The translations under genes were made by a program, and so were the position numbers. A DNA stretch of 64,000 nucleotides from positions 263,810,001-263,874,000 of the forward strand of contig OZ024743.1 in the NCBI GenBank assembly GCA_964016885.1, read 5' to 3'. The notes beneath the pieces were generated by a model. That model saw only the letters and a list, made by a program, of their open reading frames with translations, was not told where the DNA came from and ran no database searches. Positions 52,710-64,000 of this stretch are shown piece by piece. Source of the stretch: Eledone cirrhosa. Its lineage: Eukaryota. The number at the start of each line of letters is the position of its first letter. Position 1 is the stretch's first letter.

Positions 52710-52760
52710 AATTGTTTCTACTTTAGGCACAAGGTCAGCAAATACCCAGTGCATTATAGA
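52710..52760 (-). mobile_element. 3' tip of OK-like SINE
   Basis: aattgtttctactttaggcacaaggtcagcaaatacccagtgcatta matches 10022-10068. Confidence 0.7.
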
Positions 52761-53786
52761 TAATAATCACATTACATTATCTTAGAAATTACTCTTCCTA
52801 GTTCGAATCACGATAATTACTAATATTCCCATCCTTCAATAAAACCTACGATGCAAATATCATCGACATATTTGTAGGCATGAGTATCTCAAAATATCTA
52901 TCATAGTTAATGATTGTGTTAACATCCCGAATAAGTAAAATCTCTCAGAACACGATATTACATATAAGTTATAATCGATCAGAACTAATGATGGATCAAT
53001 CTAAATAGTTTCTCAATAAATTAACGTGTGGGTGATTGAGTATTCCGCAGATATGTATAGCCTTGATGTAATCCGCAATACGAATCAGTATGTTTCAAAG
53101 TTATGATAAAACACTACACAAGATGTTACCCACTTCGATTGGAACTGGGATTGCGAAGTGAACGACTTAATCATTCTGACATCATTGCATACATGTCTGT
53201 TCTAGGCGCTTGAGAGCTTAAAAATAGGTTTCATTTATCGTTTGGAAGCATGGTGTCCAGTGGTGGAAGCAGATTGTGTGGTGGGAAGCAGATTGTGTTG
53301 ATGAGGGCTGCTGTTATGATGCACTGTAAATTACTACTTGTATGTAAGAACAACCACTCATTCAAGATTACTCTTCGTTATAAGACCACTCCTCGTTTTT
53401 TCCCCTTTTGAAGTCGCTGGATGATGTTATTTTCCTGGTTGATCAATTGATGTTTTACTTCATATTTGGGCAATCATGAGTTTGTTGTCTATACCTATAG
53501 TCTCAAGGAAATTAATTAAAATACAACTCGATACATATGCAAGATTATATAATGGATATAGGGAGTATCATGGAAAGATTATTACTATTACAAAACGTAT
53601 TTCTTTTATACAACTGTAAACAGCACACAGGTAGAAATATATATTGAAACACGAATATTATATCAATTATTAGAGTAAAAGTTGATTTATGTATCTCCCT
53701 CTCTCTACATAAATACACAAGTTTAAACTGATCCAGTTTAGTCTTCTACCTCTTCGTAGTTGTTGTTGTGGCTATATACTGTGGCT

Positions 53787-53832
53787 ACACCATATATAAA
53801 TCGACTATACTTAGTCGATTTATATATGGTGT
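53787..53832. repeat. Perfect 21-bp hairpin with 4-nt loop
   Basis: acaccatatataaatcgacta-tact-tagtcgatttatatatggtgt. Confidence 0.9.
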
Positions 53833-53985
53833 TACACTTATATAACTTTATGTGTTAAGTCTGAGCGAGAAATGTATCAACTTAAGACTATCTCAAACAA
53901 TTCAATAGGTATTTACTCTCTTGCTGCTACAACTTCGATTTATATCTAATAGAAACATAAACATGTATATACTTACATTCACAAT

Positions 53986-57254
<3,269 letters not shown>

Positions 57255-57319
57255 TCTCATACATACACGCATACATATGCACGTATAATACATACACGCA
57301 TATATATGCACGAATACAT

Positions 57320-57530
57320 ATGCACATATAACTCATAACATATAGACACACACATGCAATAACACCCATACCTGCACACACACTAACGCACACCCACGCA
57401 CAAACACATACTAATATACACATGTATATACCTAGTTAATGTCTAAATTCCAATGAAAGAGTCTTGTTTCATGTTAGGAATCTCTCTAGTGATGAAAATT
57501 TATAAAATAATACGTATTACCAGAAGAACA
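57320..57530 (+). mobile_element. Old 3'UTR fragment of the R4/Dong-like family
   Basis: cctagtt..taaattccaatgaaagagtcttg...ccagaagaacatacgtac resembles 45195-45305. Confidence 0.65.
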
Positions 57531-57865
57531 TACGTACGTACACGGTGTTGAAGTTTGCATGAAGTCTTGTGTAAAATATAGAACATATCTGTCTGTTTGA
57601 AGGGTAGTACAATGTGAAGTGGACGGTACATGTTAAACAGCAACAAAGAGTATATTCTCAGCTCTGAATTATTTCTTCTATAATATTTTAACGTAGGTAT
57701 TTTAACTCGAAATATGAAGAACCATAAAGATCTGCAAATAAGATGACAACATCATCGATATCATCATATTTTTAGCATTTACTGTCAAATTCACATTATG
57801 GTAGTCTTCAAACAGAACACTATTTTATACATACACACATACATACATGTGTACATACATACATG

Positions 57866-57897
<32 letters not shown>

Positions 57898-59139
57898 CAT
57901 GCATATATACACACATATACACACATATACGTATTATACATAGATCTTAAGCGTGATATTTGACGGGAGAAGCCGTACATATAGCGTGAAGACTATTAAT
58001 TAAATTTAAGATGAATACTTTTAAACAATAATACCACAACTACTATCCATGTTTATATACTTCTGATGACATTCATTAAAACAGCTTTTATACAAAATCC
58101 TAGTGGAACCTGTCTAAAAATTGGATTCACCTTACGTCGTGGCTGAATACAACAACAACAGCAACACTGGTGAAGACTCGAAGGTAACAACAACGAGAAT
58201 GCTTAACATAATCTGTTTAGTCGTAGTCACAAAAGAAACCAAACTATAAATCTCATTTATGTTGAGGATATGACCTCAACAACGATCTATTTAATTGTAA
58301 CAACATGACAAAAGGATCCCTCTGTTGACTACATAAACGAAACACGATTACACAGGGAAGAAAGTCACACAGAGCTAAATTATTTCACAGAAAAACTCAT
58401 GCAAACAAGCAACGTTTGTTGAACATAAAAAATATAATTAACATTATTCAAAACAATAATGAGTGTAATTTCATGTCCAAAGGTATGAAACCCTTACAAA
58501 TAACAAAACTATACAGACCTTCTCCTAGATCAGACATGCAATTGACACTTGTCACAACTGACTGTCCTTCATACGTTGCTTTATATGCAGGTTGTCCATG
58601 AACACCAAACAACAAATATGATGATTCTCTTAAAATAGACATGCAGGCAACAAGTTTGACCTCACGCATCACAACACACTTTAACCCGACTGCTGTTATA
58701 CCAGTCATGTTTACTATCAAGTCATGTTCACTATCAAGATGAACATGCCGTAAGCGATAAAAAGTGTATCATTAGGTGGAAAAGTGAAGATTACATGCAA
58801 TTGAAACGTATTCTTAGTGAAATATTGAAAAAAAGAGACAAATTTATTTTTTTAAACGGCCTTTTAAATAAGGACATAGGTTGATATAAAAAAATGCATA
58901 AAGACATTTTGCACACACTCAGCGAAGTGAATATTTACAGCAATCTGATATCTGTACATTAACGTTCGCGTATATGCATGAGCATCGATTTTAAAGTATT
59001 ATCTTAAGATACTAGAGATGTAAACAAAGAGAAAACAACACAAAATAGTATATATCTAAAATGGAAAACATGATCGTTGATTTACGAAAAACTATCGGTC
59101 GTTTGGCAATGTTTATCATATGAATACAAAAAGAAAATT

Positions 59140-60931
59140 ATACTCCTCGCCAACAAAAGGTAAACAAATAAACCCCATAGAAAGTATGTTTTTAGACAGT
59201 GGGAAAAAAAAGCTCATGAATATAAATTGATCCCAGTCGCAGTGAGGATATACATGTACAAAGAAGGTTGACATTAGCAGAAAAAGATTGGTCCCCAAAA
59301 CAAAGGAACCTACTTGACAAAAAAAAAAGGAAAAAAAAAAGAGAAAACGGAATTTAATGTATAAAATGCATAGTGTTTCCAAATCTATTCCCCCGGTATC
59401 ACCGTGACAATAACAATATCACCATAGAGGAGCAAGCAGTTGGGAAGAAAGGACTTTCGGGTTGTGCTGAGCAACTCTTAATTAACAAAGCTACGATGTC
59501 AGAGATGGGGTGACATAGGAGAAACTTTGACACAAGCTACCTCGGTTACAAGACAGTATTGATTTTCTTCCCCACTCTTGGATGCCAGAGGCCCTTCGAT
59601 TTGCTCAAGTCCTAGATATCATTATCAGAGCCTTAGAGAACCTATCGTCTTCCTGGGCCACTATGCTGAAGTTAAATATATAGGACTATTTTGTCACAGT
59701 ATCACAGTATCGCAGAGATATATTTCAAGGAGACGATTTCTCTGTGATGCTATTTATACTGTTAGTAAACCCATTGTTATGTACACCGGGGAAATATAAC
59801 GGGTACGGAATTGGATCACAAAAGGCCAGAAACATTAACCTAACACAACTTCTGAACGTGTATGCCAAGTATATAAATACTATGAAGAAAATCCTTGATC
59901 TAGTTACAACATTCCCGGATTAATTTCACAGCAGTACCGCAAAAAATCAGCAGATGGAAGGTTGTATGTTTAGCAGCAAAATGTCAAGGCTATATTGCCA
60001 GAAAGCCGTATATTGGCTCTCAATTTGAAGGATATGCTTTTGCAATCCAAGAAGAAGAAAGAATAACGAAGAACCTGATGCCAAAAGAGATAGGAATACA
60101 GGCAAAACACTTGGATGTGACAACAGATGCAGATTCTGTGGAATAAACATCGAGAATATCACTTATATCATAAGCAGCTATCGAAATATATCATCACTGT
60201 ACTATCTATCTATGAACCATGATGTAATGACCAAAACGCTATACAATTCAATCCATACAAAATATAGTCCTGAGAATAAACATATAAAAAGTTACAGAGG
60301 TTTGAAGGATATATGCATTCGTAATATGAAATAGTATTGGTGGAATGTTCCAGTAAAAACCTCAACAAAATGCCAACATATTAGATCAGACATAGTAATA
60401 TATGACAGATAAAAGGAATTATACAGAATAATGGAAATCAGCTGCCCAGTAGATGTCAATATAATGCTAAAGATTAGTGAAAAGGATAGCATTTGTGCTG
60501 AATTAATGAGGAATCTGCAGATACTTCACATTCCCTATGCATTTAGATATGTACCTCTGGCTGTTGGAGCTCTGAGATATGCTACAGACTGCCTCAATTC
60601 AAATGTTGAGAAGCTGAGCTTCACAGAACGGGAAATTGCACGCACAGTCTATTAATGAAGTGGAAAAATATGTAAACTATTTCAGAAATCCAGCATGTAG
60701 TAACTGCATATTCACATACATAGATACAGAAACATATGCACGTGTACACATATAATTAAAAAAATACACACTCACACATTCAATAACAGCCATACCTGCA
60801 CACACAGAAACCACTCAGACACCTATACGTATTTACATATTTGATGTTTAAATTCCAATGGAAGAATCGTGATCTATGGTAGAAGCCGGCTATTTATAGG
60901 TGAAAATATACAAAATAATAAAACCAGAAGA
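59140..60931 (+). mobile_element. Highly degenerate R4/Dong-like copy
   Basis: GCAEQLLINK, FEGYAFAIQE, CRFC, WWNVPVKT, EISCPVD and ELMRNLQILH. It ends aaaaccagaagaa followed by decayed CATA repeats. Confidence 0.8.
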
Positions 60932-61504
60932 ACGTACATATATACAGACATATAAATCTGTAGCATACATCCATACATTCGTAAACACTCATAATTACAT
61001 TCTTCATCTATTTTCGGTAGACTTACATTCCCCCCCCCCCCCCCCATTAAAATATACTTTTGATGACGCTGCAGATGGTTCACCGACATACACTATAATC
61101 TCATCACTGTGTTATATAAATTTGGGTAGTCTCAGCAAGATTCCATATTTACGTCAGATACTGCATGATGTATTGCTGAATGCAGTTGCATATTGATGCA
61201 GATACCATCTACCTGTATATTGGTTTTATTATTAATGCAATTGTTAGAAATATAATTTATATTGTAGTTGAGATTACTGGTCTGACAATTGGCAAAAAGA
61301 ATTGGAAACTAATATTATACTAATTTTATACGTCACAGTTACACACAGACACGAATGAACACATCCACAAACACGCATACATCAATAAATTAATTTCAGA
61401 GAGAATATGAAGCAATCTATGAATCCAACCAACCCTCTTTCTGTCTCTCCCTCTCCCTCAGTCAGTTCCTCTATTTGTACACACATACCACACACATGGA
61501 TAAG

Positions 61505-61571
<67 letters not shown>

Positions 61572-61606
61572 ATGTATGTATCCATGTACGTATGTATGTA
61601 TGTATG

Positions 61607-61925
61607 CCATCTGAAATCAAACGAGCCAGGGAGAAATCGAGCCAAATATGAGAAGGTTCTAACGCAACACACTCCACGGCATATTTGCAGTGAGTGTGGC
61701 TTCATTTGCAAGTCATCTGATTGTCTGACCAGACATGGCAAAATGCATGAAAACACACCCAGCCAGTTTTACCAGGAGACAGACAGTTCAACTGTTACAT
61801 TAACTGTCACATCTGTGAAAGTATCTGCAAAACAAAGGCGGGTCTGAAAAGTCACCAGCGTCCACATGATCGTGCAATATTCAATGAATGGATACCACTA
61901 TTCTGACAAGAAGTAGCAATCAAAT
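61607..61925 (+). mobile_element. 3' fragment of a zinc-finger RTE LINE
   Basis: HICSECGFICKSSDCLTRHGKMH and a second finger CHICE..CKTKAGLKSHQRPH. (TATG)n on both sides. Confidence 0.7.
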
Positions 61926-62099
61926 TATGTATGTATGCATAAACAAATCGGGTGACTTGGGAAGCAGTCAGAAAATACACCGTTTAGCATAGTAATTGTC
62001 AATTCCTCTCTGTTCGTCTCCAGGGGTTTATTACTCATGTTTCTCAACTGTTATTTACAGTGAACATCTATTGCTATTAATATATATTTATATATATAT

Positions 62100-62289
62100 A
62101 ACGAAGGAAATGTGGTAAGGAACCAAGTGGACCATAACGCACCAAAGTACTCAATACTTAGGGTAGTAGAGTGGGTAATAGGAACGAGTAGGACCCCGAC
62201 GGCTGAGCTCAAGCCGTTTCGACGGCTAATTCTGCACTAGAATTAGCCGTCGAAACGGCTTGAGCTCAGCCGTCGGGGTCCTACTCGTT

Positions 62290-62292
<3 letters not shown>
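62100..62292 (-). mobile_element. Mini fold-back PLE terminus (perfect 52-bp arms, 5-nt loop)
   Basis: Arms 62182-62233 and 62239-62290. Same tail family as 43780. (TA)n flanks. Confidence 0.9.
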
Positions 62293-62348
<56 letters not shown>

Positions 62349-62352
<4 letters not shown>

Positions 62353-63695
62353 TAATGAAATAAAAACAAGAACAGGTTCCTTATATTAAAATAATTATCA
62401 TTTAAGTGTGAGGTATATATTAATTAAGATTATAGTATTTGAAGGTTTTTCTAATTCTATGATTGCATGATATAATTAATTCGCTTATTTAATAGGATAT
62501 CATAGATTTCATGATTTCAAATAGTTCTTGGGAGCATCACCTACACTCATATCTACTATTTAGATAAGGAGTGGCCCTTTTGAGCACGCTCCAGGTCAGG
62601 TAATAATTAATATCCTTCTTTCTATAATTATTAATTGCTTCAGCCAAGGAGGTTGTATAAGCCAATGCGGCATTTTTAAAACTATGTTTGTGGGTATTAA
62701 ATCGTAGAATTAGAAAATCATAGAATTAGAAAAACCTTCAAATACTATAAACTTAATTAATATATTCCTCACACTTATATTTTACAAATTATTATAATTT
62801 TTTTAATTTAGTTTACCTATAATTAAATATTTACTACAATGAATTTCATAATTTTATTTCCCTCTTGCAGCTCACTTTACCTTAAGTTATCTTTAACCTC
62901 ACTACTTCTTTTAACCGCATCCCCTATCTATCACATTATATACCTAGGATTAGTAAATATAATTAATATCTTTAATATTACGGTTGTTTAATAGATACAG
63001 TACTTTTTATAAAATGTTATCTATTTCAGTCTTCCTATATATATATATATTTTTTTTTAATTTCTTTTACTTCTTTATTTACGACATTCATAAGAATTAA
63101 TATAATTTAACTCTGTAATACCTATCAATTAATTTAATTTCCTTGTATGTATCTAGGTTCCTTACCATTTAAACAGGAGTAGTATTTCTCACTAACATTC
63201 TCATCCCACATCAAATTCTTTTCCCTATGCTTTTAACAACATTCTTTAATAGCATCATTTTTTTAGGGGGGGGGGGGTCCTTTCACTACCACATTAACTT
63301 GACCTCATTTTAATCCCTACCTTTCTCTTCCCCATTCTTTTCATTCAAAGCATAACTTTACATTCCTCCACTCCTAGCATAAGATGTCTACTACGGTTAT
63401 TCTATCAACTTGACCTCTAACTTTTCTATTGGTCAATTCAAAACCTGTTCCCAAACAGACTTTTTGTATTGATACTTTCTTTCAATAAACAGATTTCATC
63501 ATTTCTGAAGATGGCATATATAAGTGAAGGTGTGTATATCGCCTCTGATAATTTGTAATATTTTTTTTTACATAGATCTTTAATCTGATATACTTACCAA
63601 CATACGCATATAAATCCCAGAAAGGATCGTTAAATGAGGATTTTTTTAATATAAGGAACATGTTCTTTATTTTTATTTCATTGTTTTTATTAATT
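62349..63695 (+). mobile_element. 3' end of a Hydra-like PLE with inverted 5' part
   Basis: 62714-63695 aligns with 35697-36797. 62349-62702 is the reverse complement of the terminal sequence and the endonuclease C-terminal region (35450-35750). Confidence 0.8.
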
Positions 63696-63830
63696 TATCT
63701 TGATTCTGTTTTGCTATGATTTTTATCGTTAAATTTTATAATGTATTCTCTCTTTTCATGATATCTTCTATATTTGGATTACATTGAGTTCTTCATACGG
63801 ATTGGACGCTACCGTCTATTTTGGTAGATC

Positions 63831-63964
<134 letters not shown>

Positions 63965-64000
63965 TGTTTAAGTCGTTTGGAATCCCCGACAATGCAAATG

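Noticed and set aside
63500-63560. CTGAAGA...GATA motif in the Hydra-like 3' region
   Set aside because: There is no proper GAAA or helix I, and the paralogous site at ~36630 is not conserved.

Overview
This is AT-rich, microsatellite-dense eukaryotic DNA. It is most likely from an octopus, inferred from an OK-like tRNA-derived SINE with a Nin/Deu-type core. I found no convincing host gene, and nearly everything interpretable is retroelement-derived. It holds Penelope-like elements (PLEs) of at least three types (Nematis-, Neptune- and Hydra-like), two head-to-tail Tx1-type LINEs (16.6-28.1 kb), five pieces of an R4/Dong-like restriction-like-endonuclease LINE sitting in (CATA)n, RTE LINEs with C-terminal C2H2 fingers, and SINEs. 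The most notable signal is non-coding: a set of (TA)n-inserted mini-elements carrying hammerhead ribozymes (HHR). One is a near-perfect 591-bp tandem repeat whose monomer holds a type I HHR with a compensatory U3-A8 core and a branched helix II, and it has a circularly permuted third copy (candidate retrozyme/circular RNA). Two other families share the U3-A8 core. About ten elements have a 'tail + fold-back' structure whose inversion points often fall in ribozyme helices, and several tails share a TTGAGTRC motif about 20-25 nt outside the inverted arm. Coordinates were read by eye and are approximate. Clade names come from remembered motifs, not database searches.
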